DNA of 64,000 nucleotides from Octopus sinensis (GCF_006345805.1 NC_043005.1:86924001-86988000); one strand, 5' to 3'; shown: positions 51,427 through 63,902, numbered from the stretch's first letter. The notes: generated from the sequence alone by a model not told the origin. A program made the numbers and translations.

Positions 51427-51850
51427 GAGTGAGAGAGCATTGCATGCCATCAAAGTGACACTGGTGTAAAATATACGAAGCCCAATATACCCATCATGAC
51501 TACTCGTCTGATAAAGGTACACCAGGCACATGCATCACAACCATATGTGCACGACATGGTGATCTCATATCAAGATAAACACCACATGACCTTGCAGGTG
51601 GGGCCCACTTAGAATTTTCTTCAGGTTGAGTAGCCCATCTCGCTCAAAAGGTCCCTGAATAAGGGTTGTTTAAGGATGTTGAAAGAACCACCCATGTTTC
51701 CAGAGGTGAATTATTCAAACCCCAAAGAATCCCTCTCAACACATGGCTATGATGCTCCCCCACTACTTCTGCTCGTGATCAGAGATGCATATATCGTCAG
51801 CCACTAAGGGACATGCTCAACTGGTTAAGGTCAAACAACTGACAAGCAAA
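51424..51850. mobile_element. Unclassified ~430-bp insertion between two (TTA)n tracts
   Basis: Complex, GC-richer block with TTA repeats on both sides and no ORF. Single copy here, so repeat status is inferred. Confidence 0.35.
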
Positions 51851-52397
51851 TTATTATTATTATTATTATTATTATTAAGGCGCTGGCCTGATTATATCAA
51901 TATTTATACTTGGCTACAAAAAAAGGCTGAGTCGCAGTTTTTTTTTTTATTTTTGTGTGTGACGGAGTAGGAAATGGTAACGTAAACAGCTGTAAATATA
52001 TGTTGCGAGAATCTTTTGAAGATGCATTACTTTTCCGTCACTGTTAGTTATTAAATTCTTTACTGATTGTATCGGTGTAAAGGTTTTTTTTTCCTTTTTC
52101 ACTGTTTGTTTTTGTTTTTTTAGGTAGAAATCTGTCTCAAATACTACCAAAAGAAAATGATTTTGTGGTGTATCTCAAAACAACGATTTTTAATTATTTG
52201 AAGACCATCTGTTCCCGATACACTAAGTTAAACACAAAGGGTTTAATTTATTTGCTTACACTCTCGCGTCATCAACATTACCTGCTGAATTCTCCCGCCG
52301 ACAAAACCAGATACACCAGCAGGAAACTAGACGCAAATGAAAGCAAAATTATATTGCTCCACTGAATGAGCAACAATTTCAAAAAATTGAGTTTATA

Positions 52398-52931
52398 CGC
52401 GGTCTGATCAAAACTAATTAGGACTGTTGCTTTGGTAACGGTACTAAAGTATGCGAAGTGAAGCCGCTTGACAAAGATTGACTTTGAACTTTGTCACGCA
52501 TGCACGTTAAGATATAACGTTTTCGCTCACTTCCGTTGATTGTAGCAGTGCTTGGAAGTAAAGTGTGTACAGAAGATAGGATAACAGCGCAAGGTCTCCT
52601 TGATTGCGTCGGGGAAGTCAAGCACTGTTTTAAAAGGTTTGTAACAGGTAACGAATTGTGGGTCTATGGCGAAGAACCCGAAGCCAAAGCAAGAATCAAA
52701 TTCCCCTTTTAAGAAAACGATATCAAATCGTCGAGGAAATCTATAAGAATGCGACGGAGCACCTGCTCGCTATCACAAAAATGGTGTCCTAGGATTGCTT
52801 CCATCAATGGAAGCGACGCTATATCACGTGTCTTCCGAAGGGGACTGCTTGAAAAGGGATAAAATGCCGATTTGATGTGTTGTAGTTTTCTTTTTAGATC
52901 AACAGTTTCAATACCTGTTGATCAAACGTCG
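52398..52931 (+). mobile_element. Internally deleted mariner-derived element
   Basis: Degenerate TIRs (ta|cgcggtctgatcaaaactaattaggactg and cagtttcaatacctgttgatcaaacgtcg), plus VTGNELWVY..PE.K and EEI..CF.QWKRR remnants. Confidence 0.55.
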
Positions 52932-54151
52932 AACGTTTAGACATTTTATTGAACACTAGCACAATGACTCGGCGTTGCCGGGTCATAGTGCTAGTGCATG
53001 CATATACAGCTGCGTACGTGCGCACACACACGCGAGTACTGTCCAAATCTCCGATCAATCACATACAGCTAGCTGGCATTCAATTGGCGTATCAAGTTTC
53101 GGGCATTTTGATTGGGTTTTGGATAGAAAATTCACAAAAAAATCACTTGATTTTTTAATGGCTTTGCGGGGTGACTGGGGAAACATAAATATGTGCACGA
53201 CCACCCGTGGACGGTTTTAAATGATCATAGAAAGTGCGAGCTCTCTAACGGAAAAAAGTGGATTTGTATAAAGGACAAACACACACAGACAGACATTTTG
53301 CCGTTTATATATAGAGAGATGTTGTACAAGAATTTTTAAAGATAAATGCATATAAATAACACTTCTTTCACTGAAACAACTTTGTTAATACCTGCATTTA
53401 GAGCTTTTAGCAAAGAAGCTAGTTTTGACTTTGTCATATTACAAAAGTTGGGTGCTGGAACCACTCAACAAGAAGAGCAAACTCTACTTTCCAGAGCATC
53501 CTTGCCACAGCTCGGTAGAATGGTGCAAGGGATTACTTTTTGTTACAGCTTACAAATAAGCAAGCAGACCTCACATCCCATTGCAGCAGTCTATCAACCA
53601 TCATCGGAAAAGTTAAAAAAAGGTACCGTCTATTGAGGACAGTATGCAATTAAAAAGGATTTAACGAACAGAAAAAGAAAAAGAAATCACAGAAGATGTC
53701 GGCACTTAGAGAAAATAAGGAAATAACTATAAGATTGTGATGCATTAGACAACAGCACAAACTAAGAGAAGCTGGCTGTTGTATCCAGTCAGTGACAACA
53801 AGCATGTTATCTGGGACCACTGCTCCAACAGCGCTTTTGTTTGCATCACTCATTTCAGTTACCCAAATATCCGAACATGCAGCCATATCTTTCATCATAG
53901 TAGAAAACTTTACTCCAGTAGAAAATGTATATCATTTATAACGGATTTCTGTTCGTCCAGAAAGAGAACTGTTATAGAAGCAATCCTTTATCATAAACTA
54001 TACAGTCAGTGCCGAATAAATGAGGCGATCGTGTCTTGTTATTGTAAATCAAGTCGACATTGAAATAAGAGGTGTTAGCATGTGAACATCATCAAATATT
54101 TTAAAGATTGCACAGAAACAAATCCTCACACAGAGGCTGTCACATATAGAC

Positions 54152-54525
54152 ATATCAGTTTGTCCGTCATTGTTGCCGATGACAATGAACATAACACAGG
54201 AGAAGACGGTGTACGACGTGGGTGTGTCCTGCTCTGGTCAATCAGTCCCACATATACTCGCAAGGCTCTGCTGCAGGTGGGGCACGGCTGGCCTGTTAGG
54301 TCTAAAGGCAAGAGGTTGCATAGTTCACATTTTCTTTGAACTTCTGTAACCCATTTCTGTTCGTAGAAGTTGGCTCCTTTGTTGGTGCATTCTAGGTGTC
54401 GTTGTAGGTTTTGAGTGAGACTTTAAGTGTCAATTTGAAGCGCCTTTTCTGTATGCCTTGCGTGCGCCTGCCTTCCGTCAGTTCGCTGCTAAATAGTATC
54501 TTGGGGAATCAAACGCTTTCAGACA
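54152..54525 (-). mobile_element. RTE-clade LINE 3' fragment
   Basis: PKILFSSELTEGRRTQGIQKRRFKLTLKVSLK, then CPTCSRA....GLI.QSRTH. Confidence 0.82.
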
Positions 54526-55577
54526 TATATACACTCACATTGCCTCTCTCACACGCATATTATTCTTGTTTGTATATATATACTTGTCAGTGTATTCTAG
54601 TCTTTGTATGAAGTTATGTAAACAAAATTGCTTTTTAGTCTTTAATCTATAGTTTATAGTTAATTAAGATGGCGCTCACTAACGTTTAATCAATTCTCCT
54701 TAATAATAACTTTGCTACTTTGTTATAATTTGTTTTCGACATCGTCGTGTTTTTTTATGTATCATAGACAAAACCGGATGACGTAAGAGAGAGTGGGGAA
54801 GAATAGAGACTAAATGTGTATGTGATTGGTATTGATGGATAAATCGATAGATACATTGATAGATAACTAGTTAAGAGAAGGAAAACAGTGGAATGATGAA
54901 TATTGCCTATTAACTAGTGGAAGATATCCATCAACAAGTGTAGAAAAGAAGCAAATACTAGCCTAAGTGAAAAAATTAAAACCAATTTAGTGAGTCGGAG
55001 ACAGCAATAAAGGGGATTCACAAAATACTTTTTATCCAGTCTCCATATTTTTATTCCGTTTAAATGGTAAATTATAATACGATTTTATTTTTAAAAATTA
55101 ATAGAAATAGCTGTAAATTTACTTTGCTGTTTCAGTAATTTTCATTGAATTATTTTATGTATATTTTTAATGTTATTTTGTGAAAAAGCATGGCCTCATG
55201 GAAGGGACATACTGTCGATTGCAAGAACGGTGTTTTGAGTTCTTGAGCAAACTGTCTTGATTTCTTGTTGTTTAATCCACTCGACCGTAAATGCGTTGCC
55301 CTGCGATAGGCTGGTCTGCAGTTTAAGAGGAAGTGAGTCATATTGTGATCTCACTTGTAAGCCATGGAACCGGAGTAACCAGCCTTATGAATCCAAGGAC
55401 ACGAGACAGCATCTACTTCTACTGTTACATTGATTCAGATAACTATAATTCAAGAAGCTGGTTATATTTAATATATCCACGGTGACCTGCTCTGGGAGAT
55501 GTCCAGGAATATTACGACATTCAGTATTTATGCATTAATAATTTGTCAATTGGAAAAGTTCATTCGACTGTGTTTAG

Positions 55578-55643
55578 CACATCCGTTTTCGATAGTCACA
55601 ATGATTCAGGCAACCTCATGAACTGGGTTTTGACAGAACTAAG
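55578..55643 (+). CDS. Candidate exon (TSVFDSHNDSGNLMNWVLTEL)
   Basis: tgtgtttAG acceptor, only one open frame, AG|GTAAAT donor. Confidence 0.3.
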
Positions 55644-55685
55644 GTAAATTATTGCTTCTTTGAAATGAATTTGCCGTAAGAATTT

Positions 55686-56080
55686 AGGCATAGGTGTGGC
55701 TGTTTGCTAATGAGTTTGTTTCCCTACTACATGGTGTTGGGTTCAGTCTACAGCGTGGTACTTTGGACAAGTGTCCTCTACGATAATATCAGACGAAAGC
55801 TTTGTGAGTGTATTTGGTAGACAATAACTGAAAGAAGCCCGTTATATGTGTGTGTGTGTGTGCGCGCGCACCTGCGTGTGTGTGTGTGTTTGAGTGTGTA
55901 TGTGTGCGTCTTTTAGTGGATCTGCTTGACCCCACCACTACTTGAAAACCTAGGTAACTTAGCGGTTCGGCAAAAGTAAGCGATAGCAAAGTCCTGGGGT
56001 CGATTTATTCGTTCGACTAAAATTCCTCAAGACTGCCCCAGCAGGGTCGCAGTCTAATCACTGACACAAGTGAAAGAATT
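55686..56080 (+). mobile_element. SINE-A, diverged
   Basis: Head, aactgaaagaagccc, acttagcggttcggcaaaa and tail are recognisable. Confidence 0.7.
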
Positions 56081-56545
56081 AAATAATAGCTGATATAAAT
56101 AATCAGTGATTGCTCGGTTGTTTCGCTGGTTGATTCTGCAGTCACGTTTCACGTTGTGCAGAGTAAAAGAAAGACACAGATAGAGTTAGAATAATAGGTG
56201 TCGGATTAGGTTTTTAATAATTTTCTGAAAAATAATTTTTTTCTTTAAATTTTGCGGCGATAGGTATCCATCAGAGACGATTTCGAATATGTTAATAAAA
56301 TTAAGAAAATAATGCTATATACTTATTGTAAATATACAGATAACAATTTGTTCTTTTTTTTAATTATAATTTAAGGTGGTAAATATTTTAATTCGAAAAT
56401 TTGTTTCTTTCTTTCATTTTGCATAAGCATATTTACAATATGTATACTATATTTTCTGATTTTACTCATGGTGGGAAAAGTATGCTTACAAAGTTACCGT
56501 CTTATGATGGGTAAAGCGGAAGTTAATTCAATGAATTCTACATAA

Positions 56546-56705
56546 GGAAGTGGCTGTGTGGTAAGTAGCTTACGAACCAACCACATGGTTCCGGGTTCAG
56601 TCCCACTGCGTGGCATCTTGGGCAAGTGTCTTCTGCTATAGCCCCGGGCCGACCAATACCTTGTGAGTGGATTTGGTAGACGGAAACTGAAAGAAGCCTG
56701 TCGTA

Positions 56706-56770
<65 letters not shown>

Positions 56771-56983
56771 GTATTTGTGTGTCTGTGTTTGTCCCCCTAG
56801 CATTGCTTGACAATTGATGCTGGTGTGTTTACGTCCCCGTCACTTAGCGGTTCAGCAAAAGAGACCGATAGAATAAGTACTGGGCTTACAAAGAATAAGT
56901 CCCGGGGTCGATTTGCTCGACTAAAGGCGGTGCTCCAGCATGGCCGCAGTCAAATGACTGAAACAAGTAAAAGAATAAAAGAG
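56546..56983 (+). mobile_element. SINE-A, full length
   Basis: Near-identical to 15414-15822. Confidence 0.92.
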
Positions 56984-57489
56984 TAATAATTATTCTAGAA
57001 TAAATTGATCGCTTAATGAACTGAGAAGAAGTCATTCATAATCATAAATATTAAATTTTTATAAACAAAGGTAAACTTTAAGGCTATTAAACTATAGAAA
57101 CATTTTAATGGTTTCCAAATAAGGTTATACATACGTCATGGAACGTCATCAAACGTCACAGGTATACGTTATCAAACAATTTCTTATTGGTTTTGAAACA
57201 AACTAACGATATCTTACTTTTAAAACAAAATTAATCAACAATGTTGATTCTCCTTTCATTGTTATCCAACAGCACAAAATTACAATGCTTTGACAGTCAG
57301 TCATAGAAATTCGTATGTTACATAACAAATCGATTTCTAATTAGAAATTTTTTCATTAAGTCGCACTGTATATCTCATTGACTCAATCTCGTAGCTCTCA
57401 TTGTCAAATTTTGGACAACAAATAGCCTAAATCTTTACACTTCAAACAATTCTTCAACGCCGTTTCTCACGACAATATTTACACTCTGT

Positions 57490-57720
57490 AGGGCGGCGAG
57501 CTGGCAGAAAAGTTAGAACGGGGGGGAGTGCTTCGCGGTATTTCGCCCGTCGCTACGTTCTGAGTTCAAATTCCGCCGAGGTCGACTTTGCCTTTCATAT
57601 TTTCGGGGGCGATAAATTAAATACCAGTTACGCACTGGCGTCGATGTAATCGACTTAATCCGTTTGTCTATCCTTGATTGTCCCCTGTATGTTTAGCCCC
57701 TTGTGGGCAGTAAAGAAACA
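57490..57720 (+). mobile_element. SINE-D, full length
   Basis: GGCGGCGAGCTGGCAGAA head, GAGTTCAAATTCC B box, and tttagccccttgtggg.agtaaagaaa tail. Confidence 0.9.
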
Positions 57721-57972
57721 AATATATATACATAACAAGTGCTTCCTAATCTACCTCATGAGGCAGGGGAATTTTTTTCCAGCACAAATCATTTGCTGAC
57801 CCTCAACGAAGCTCAAGCGATATATATTATGTAATATATGTATGTTCGGAGGTTAGGTGTATGCATGTAAATATGCACATACTGACATATACACATGCAT
57901 GCGCGCACACACAGGCACACACACACTATGACACAGAAACACATATGTGTGTGTGTGTGTGTGTGTATGAGT

Positions 57973-58135
57973 GAAGACCCGTGGCTTAGTAGTTAGGAGT
58001 TTTCGGCTCATGATCGTAAGGTCGTGGGTTCAATTCCCGGCGAAGCGTTGTGTCCTTGAGCAGGACACTTTATTTTCACGTTGCGTCTGTCCACTCAGCT
58101 GGCAAAAATTAGTAGTACCTGTAATGTAAAGGGTA
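57973..58135 (+). mobile_element. SINE-C 5' part
   Basis: A box tggcttagtagttagg, B box ggttcaattcc, and gttgtgtccttgagc body. Confidence 0.75.
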
Positions 58136-58309
58136 CTACTCAGCTGTTGTAATGCCAATGTGTGGGACAAAACCCCCCAGGATGTTCCAGATATGAGCGT
58201 GTGTATATATATATATGTATGTATGTGTGTGTGTATGTATATATATTTATATGTGTGTGTATATATATATATATATATATAATATATATATATAATATAT
58301 ATATATACA

Positions 58310-58397
<88 letters not shown>

Positions 58398-58573
58398 CAC
58401 ATATATGTGCATATATACATATAGGTTGCGGTAAATAGATTGGCGCCTAAATTACGCAAAAGTGAAAATAACACTGACAACTCATTTTAGCAGATGTATT
58501 TACGAAAATTACATAAAAATATCTTGAAATCCTAAAGGGTAAATTTATTCAATAAAATTGCCATCGACTTCAG

Positions 58574-58662
58574 TCACGGCCTCCAGACAACTTCGGAATC
58601 TCCTGCAACTCTTCTGCGAAATTTTATCAGTGAACACCGGTCGCTGTTTCAAAGCGATAAAG
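58574..58662 (+). CDS. Candidate exon, frame ambiguous (HGLQTTSESPATLLRNFISEHRSLFQSDK or TASRQLRNLLQLFCEILSVNTGRCFKAIK)
   Basis: gacttcAG acceptor, GC-richer than its flanks, two open frames, AAG|GTAAAC donor. Confidence 0.4.
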
Positions 58663-58729
58663 GTAAACTAAATTTAAATGTTGAAGTGAATCTGACGTAT
58701 TTTGTGTGATTTTAAATGGCTTAGAAATA

Positions 58730-59082
58730 CCTTGCGGCCATGCTGGGGTACTACCTTCCGGAAATTATATTGAATGTATCAACCCCAGGAATTAAGTTTT
58801 ACTAAGCATGGTACTTATGCTATCGGTCTCTTTTGCCAAAACACCAAGATACGAGGTCGTAGAATACCAACATCGGTTGTCAAGCGGTGGGTGGGGGGAC
58901 AAACGCACATACACACACATATATACGCCGGTCTTCTTTCAGTTTCGTCAACCAAATTCCCTCAAAAGGCTTCAGTCAGCCAAGGCTAGGTAGAAGACAC
59001 TTGCCCGATGTCCCATGCCGGGAGAGTGAACAAGGAGCCATGTGGATGTGATGCAAGCTTCTTACCACACAGCCATGCCTGT
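58730..59082 (-). mobile_element. SINE-A, diverged
   Basis: Reverse-complement head (cttaccacacagcca) and tail (gcggccatgctgg). Confidence 0.75.
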
Positions 59083-59344
59083 ATATAAATATGTATGTGT
59101 GTGTGTGATTGTGTGTACGTGTGTGTGCGCGCGTGTGAGTGCAAGCGTGTTACGTCTTCTCTGGCACTTAGATTTACTAAAGATGAGTTCATCCTCTACA
59201 CAAACTGAAAAAAAAATTAATGCATTAAACTTAGTTTATCCATCGCCATTATCACTGGCTACACGAACAGTCATATCATTTTCCTCATTATCATCGTTTA
59301 AAAAATCAGCCATTAGTTAATTTATATTCCTTTTCGTATTTTAG

Positions 59345-59401
59345 TTAGTACACCTCAATGATTTATGGAAGACGTTTATGTGCCATTATCAAAGTAGCAA
59401 G
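59345..59401 (+). CDS. Candidate exon (LVHLNDLWKTFMCHYQSSK)
   Basis: Strong pyrimidine tract ttccttttcgtattttAG, 57 nt in phase 0-0, AAG|GTTAAT donor. Confidence 0.3.
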
Positions 59402-60202
59402 GTTAATACATACGCGTGCGGCTAAATCTCTCTCGTCTATGGAAATTCGATATAAAAGGAACCAATCACTGATAGTAACAGATGTTTCAGTCAGCTTAAG
59501 TAAATAATTGTCCCTCGTGTATAAACTATTTATCATTATGCTAATAGCTGAAAGGCGCTGGGCTGTCAGAATCATTAACACACCGGAAATGCTTTCTCCT
59601 ATTTCTCGTGGATATAAATCCTGATCTTGAATCTTGTAGAGACTGGATCTGCTTTTCATACATCCAGGGCCAATAATATAGGACTCAGTCAAGCAATGAA
59701 GCTTTGGTACCTGGTGTGCCTTACTTAACACCCCCACCACCACCACTCACTGAAATTTTTGCTCTTCTTCCAAATTAGAAATAATTGTAACTATATTAGA
59801 AATAACACATTTCTGAATCTCTCAGAGAGATTTATACAGTAGTGATACGATAAAGTAGTTGTATGCAGTTAACTTAATGTGACAGTCCCATGAGAAGGAA
59901 TAATACTACCGCTATTTAGCCTTAGGAAGCAACTCTAAACAGCTAAGCCTTTTAAACATAAGGACACAGGAAAAGTGTCAAGGCCGACAGGAAGCGGTGC
60001 TGCTTCGTAGGGCTAAATTTTCGTGAAACGAAAATGTAGACACCACAAGTGAGGGGAATAGAAATAGAACCTCTGTTCCCCAAAACCTTTATTGTAGAGA
60101 AAGGATTGTTTAAGTTTCGAGAAGTACGTTTAAATATGTTTTTAAGTTTAACTTTACAGATTTTCTGTGGAATTCAGAAAAATTCCATAGAAAATCTGTA
60201 GA

Positions 60203-60626
60203 GGGGCAGGAGTGGCTATAGGTGCAGGAGTGGCTGTGTGGTAAGTAGCTTACTTAACAACCACATTGTTCCGGGTTCAGTCCCACTACGTGGCACCTTC
60301 GGCAAGTGTCTTCAACTATAGCGTCGGGCCGACCAAATCCTTGTGTGTAGATTTGGTAGACAGAAACTGAAAGAAGCCTGTTGTATATATGTATATGTAT
60401 ATATGTGTATGTGTGTGTGTTTGTGTGTCTGTGTTTTCCCCCCAACATCGCCTGACAACCGATGCTGGTGTGTTTACGTTCCCGTAACCTAGCGGTTAGG
60501 CAAAAGAGACAGATAGAATTAATACTAGGCTTACAAAGAATAAGTCCTGGTGTCAATTTGCACGACTAAAGGAGGTGCCCCAGCATGACCGTGGTCAAAT
60601 GACTGAAACAAGTAAAAGAATAAAAA
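60203..60626 (+). mobile_element. SINE-A, full length with duplicated 5' end
   Basis: gcaggagtggct occurs twice at the head; the rest matches 15414-15822. Confidence 0.9.
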
Positions 60627-61168
60627 TATAAAGAGAGATAAACATTAAAGGAGAACATCGCACTGCTAGCACACAGGCAAAGCACGGCATAGACTTGTAA
60701 ATCTGTAATATATTTCGTAGTATATTATGATTGCAAGACGAAATATTGTATCGTTCTAGCAATTAATAAAATAATAGTATTAAAAAAAATGTAGTATAAC
60801 GTAGCCTGCGCCAGGGTCTTCCAAAACTTTTAGATAACAAATCCGTCAATTCATTTCCCATGTTATAGTTATCATTATATTTACCCCAGACAACAATGAG
60901 ACTGCATCAAGAGAAACATCCTCCTCAAAATATGACTAATCTCTCTGAAAGGAGATCAGTGAATTAAGCCAGGTATTTGGAAATGCTCCTGTTCATTTCA
61001 AGCGTGAAAGAAGTGTTATTACCACTCATGCTACAAAAAACGTGACGTAACTGTTTTTATTTTCTCATAACACTTTAAGAAATCACTTATTATCAGCAGA
61101 ATTTAGGAGGCATATATATACAAATATTCAATCGAACACATACATACAGACATACAAACATACATACA

Positions 61169-61229
<61 letters not shown>

Positions 61230-61366
61230 GTGTATAAAGATAGATTGTAGATTCGTCCTTTAAGTTTGTTGGTTTCCAAAAGAGATTTCTGATGTTGGTT
61301 CTTCATATTTTGCTGGTAGTTTACAAGCGTAAATCTGCGGAGATATTAAAGTAGTACTTGAATATA

Positions 61367-61442
<76 letters not shown>

Positions 61443-61689
61443 GTGTGTGTGCATACATATACATACACACACACACACACATATGGATGTATGTATGCAT
61501 GCTTATGTATATATATATCAAAAATTTGATATATATTTATGAAATTAAACATGACCATTTAGGCGCCTTTACTTGAAGTTCTTGGAAGATGATATACCCT
61601 CTGGTTTTGTTCTATATAATAATTTCTGAATGACAACACATAAAGTCTCTCGTGGGTATTTATTATGCAAATTTAATGTCGTTTCAAGA

Positions 61690-62000
61690 TAAAATCATAT
61701 TGTCTATTCAAAGTTAAGCGGAATCTCATGGGCCAAAAATTTAGATGTTTATTAATTCTCAGCACATAAGGAAAAACTGTCTGTTTGGTCAATAATTGAA
61801 AGCTCTCAGTCTTATATAGCAAGGTGATGGACATACGGGGCTGGTGTTGGCGTGCCCTCTCCACTAGAGAAATCATTAATCGCTGCCATGAATATTGGAA
61901 TTATTTTGTGTGAGTTTGGACAATTCAATTTAATTACAAGTAATCAGTTCTAATGAAATTGCTAAGTGGAAAATAAGAGGAGAATCACATTTAACCAATT
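61690..62000 (-). pseudogene. Possible decayed Penelope GIY-YIG C-terminus
   Basis: YIEL.., ELSK, and LVERA..P..L.Y.TES...L loosely follow the YIG..TxLSK..I..RA..CxLCxxEK order. Confidence 0.3.
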
Positions 62001-62399
62001 CAATATAATGGCAATCAGCCGACTGAAAAGGTTGTTGGTTTCTATCCAATCGTCATTGCTCTGATGTTTCTTTGGCAAAGGCACTCAGCAGTGAATGGAA
62101 TATGTCCTGTAGGCTACATATAGGTACCATGAGTAGGCAAAGCGCCCTACTTTCAGGGGAAAAAAATCTATATTGCTGCCAATGCAATGAAAGATTATCT
62201 ATGTTGTCATTTTTATCTGCAAGCCGGCAGATTTTCGTATTCAAAAGTTTCAGCCTAGCATTTTAAAGATGAAATTGGCATCATATATATATACATATAC
62301 ATACATATATGTGCGTGTGTGTGCACGTGTGTGTGGATGTATGTATGCATGTATGTATATATGTATGTATGTGTGCATGTATGTATAGCCGCTACACAC

Positions 62400-62563
62400 A
62401 TTTTTTCTCTCCTTTTTTCTCACCTTGTTTTATCTGTGTTCCTTTCTGTAGAAGAGCGAAGGCTCGAAACGTAAAAAACTTTTTCTGTTCCTGAGCGTTA
62501 AACTAATACATCTTTTTGTTTGGTACACTCCCTGTCTTCGTCTTTTGTTTTTTTCGTAAACTC

Positions 62564-62568
<5 letters not shown>
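62400..62568 (+). mobile_element. ~170-bp (TA)n-associated element with variant minimal hammerhead motif
   Basis: Homologous to 4992-5180. CCTTT-CTGTAGAA-GAGC-GAAG-GCTC-GAA-ACGT-A-AAAA at 62441-62477. Confidence 0.6.
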
Positions 62569-62635
<67 letters not shown>

Positions 62636-62652
62636 ATATATATTTATTATTC

Positions 62653-62751
62653 ATCACGACAATTGTTTCGACACATCGATCCCTCACAGGCAGGAGACTC
62701 AATAACTGGTTCTGGAGCATCCGGTGGTGCAGTTGTGCCTCATCAGGTGAT
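62653..62751 (-). ncRNA. Type I hammerhead ribozyme with canonical core
   Basis: ATCAC-CTGATGA-GGCACA..TGTGTC-GAA-ACAATTGT-C-GTGAT: stem I 5 bp, G10.1-C11.1, palindromic stem III, GUC site (cut between 62658 and 62657). Confidence 0.8.
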
Positions 62752-62919
62752 AGATAGGCACAACTCATTAGAATAACAGTTCTGCAATGTAACTTTTCGT
62801 TGTGTGGAAAGAACAGCCAAACGGAGAACATATCTTCTTTTACATCGAACATCAAAGATGAAATCATAGATAGACAAAAGAGAAACGAACACGCAATACA
62901 GCGAAAAAATTATCAAATC

Positions 62920-62954
<35 letters not shown>

Positions 62955-62972
62955 CACACACATAAACACACA

Positions 62973-63017
<45 letters not shown>

Positions 63018-63059
63018 AATGAAGGAACCGGGAATTGTTGTTTACGAGAAGCTTAATTC

Positions 63060-63165
63060 ATCACAACAATTGTTTCAATCCATCATACATCAATCCCCTG
63101 CGGACGGAATACTGTACACCTGGTTGTGTTGCATCTTCCGGTGCATAAGACATCTTATCGGGTGT
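63060..63165 (-). ncRNA. Decayed relative of the 62653 hammerhead
   Basis: Retains GAAACAATTGTTGTGATGAAT; core mutated to CCGATAA. Confidence 0.45.
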
Positions 63166-63258
63166 CTTGTTTCAGAGAAGTAACCTGGTTAAATAGATTC
63201 GGTTTCGCTTGGCATGTATTTGTTACCAGAAGGTTGTTGGCTATAATGATATGAATAA

Positions 63259-63365
63259 AACACCTCATGACATGCATTCTACACCAGAGGGTGCAACACA
63301 GCCAGATGCACAGTATGTCATCCAACAGGGAGCGATTCAGGATGAGACGAAACGATTGTTGTGAT
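63259..63365 (+). ncRNA. Decayed relative of the 62653 hammerhead, inverted
   Basis: ACAC-CTCATGA..CGAAACGATTGTTGTGATGAATAAA; G5>C core change. Confidence 0.45.
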
Positions 63366-63832
63366 GAATAAAGAGTGTCGTGAAGTCCATTTTCCGTTTC
63401 CTTCATTCATTATATCAAAACTGTGGATGACATCCGGTAACCTAAACAGCGAAAGTGTTTTAATCGCAGACTACAGACCGTATACACAAAAATCCAAACA
63501 ATTTCTTATATATATGGTGGTTCTCTACTCCTTATGCAGAGTTTGACCATCTCTCGTACTTACACCTTAGAACCGTTATGGTATCAGATGTGGCTTTTGA
63601 AAAGTCACACACATAGATTGCATATCTGATTTGGACAACCAAGAACTGCAGTTAGGTTTTGATCTTTGTGGATCTTAAAATGTATTTAGGGGGAAAAGGA
63701 CAACACAACCAAGGCAGGGCGAGTATCTCAAGTCATTTAGAATATCTATTTAGAGTAATGCCAAATTGAAGTTATATAACTAATTAGTTAATTAATTAAT
63801 AAATTAATTAATTACTTATTGTATTCTTATAG

Positions 63833-63902
63833 CTGTTTCTGAGATATTCGAAGCGATAAGTTATCATCCCCATACAATTGTTATTCCGTCATCAGAGAAA
63901 AG
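63833..63902 (+). CDS. Candidate exon (VSEIFEAISYHPHTIVIPSSEK)
   Basis: ttattgtattcttatAG acceptor, single open frame (phase 1 to 2), consensus AAG|GTGAGT donor. Confidence 0.45.

Noticed and set aside
57973-58045. tRNA gene (also at 8575, 15071, 15414, 57490)
   Set aside because: A/B boxes are present, but the cloverleaf is incomplete and each runs into a SINE body.
59363-59746. 127-aa minus-strand ORF
   Set aside because: No ATG start or recognisable motif. A few ORFs of this length are expected by chance in 64 kb, and it overlaps a better + strand exon candidate.
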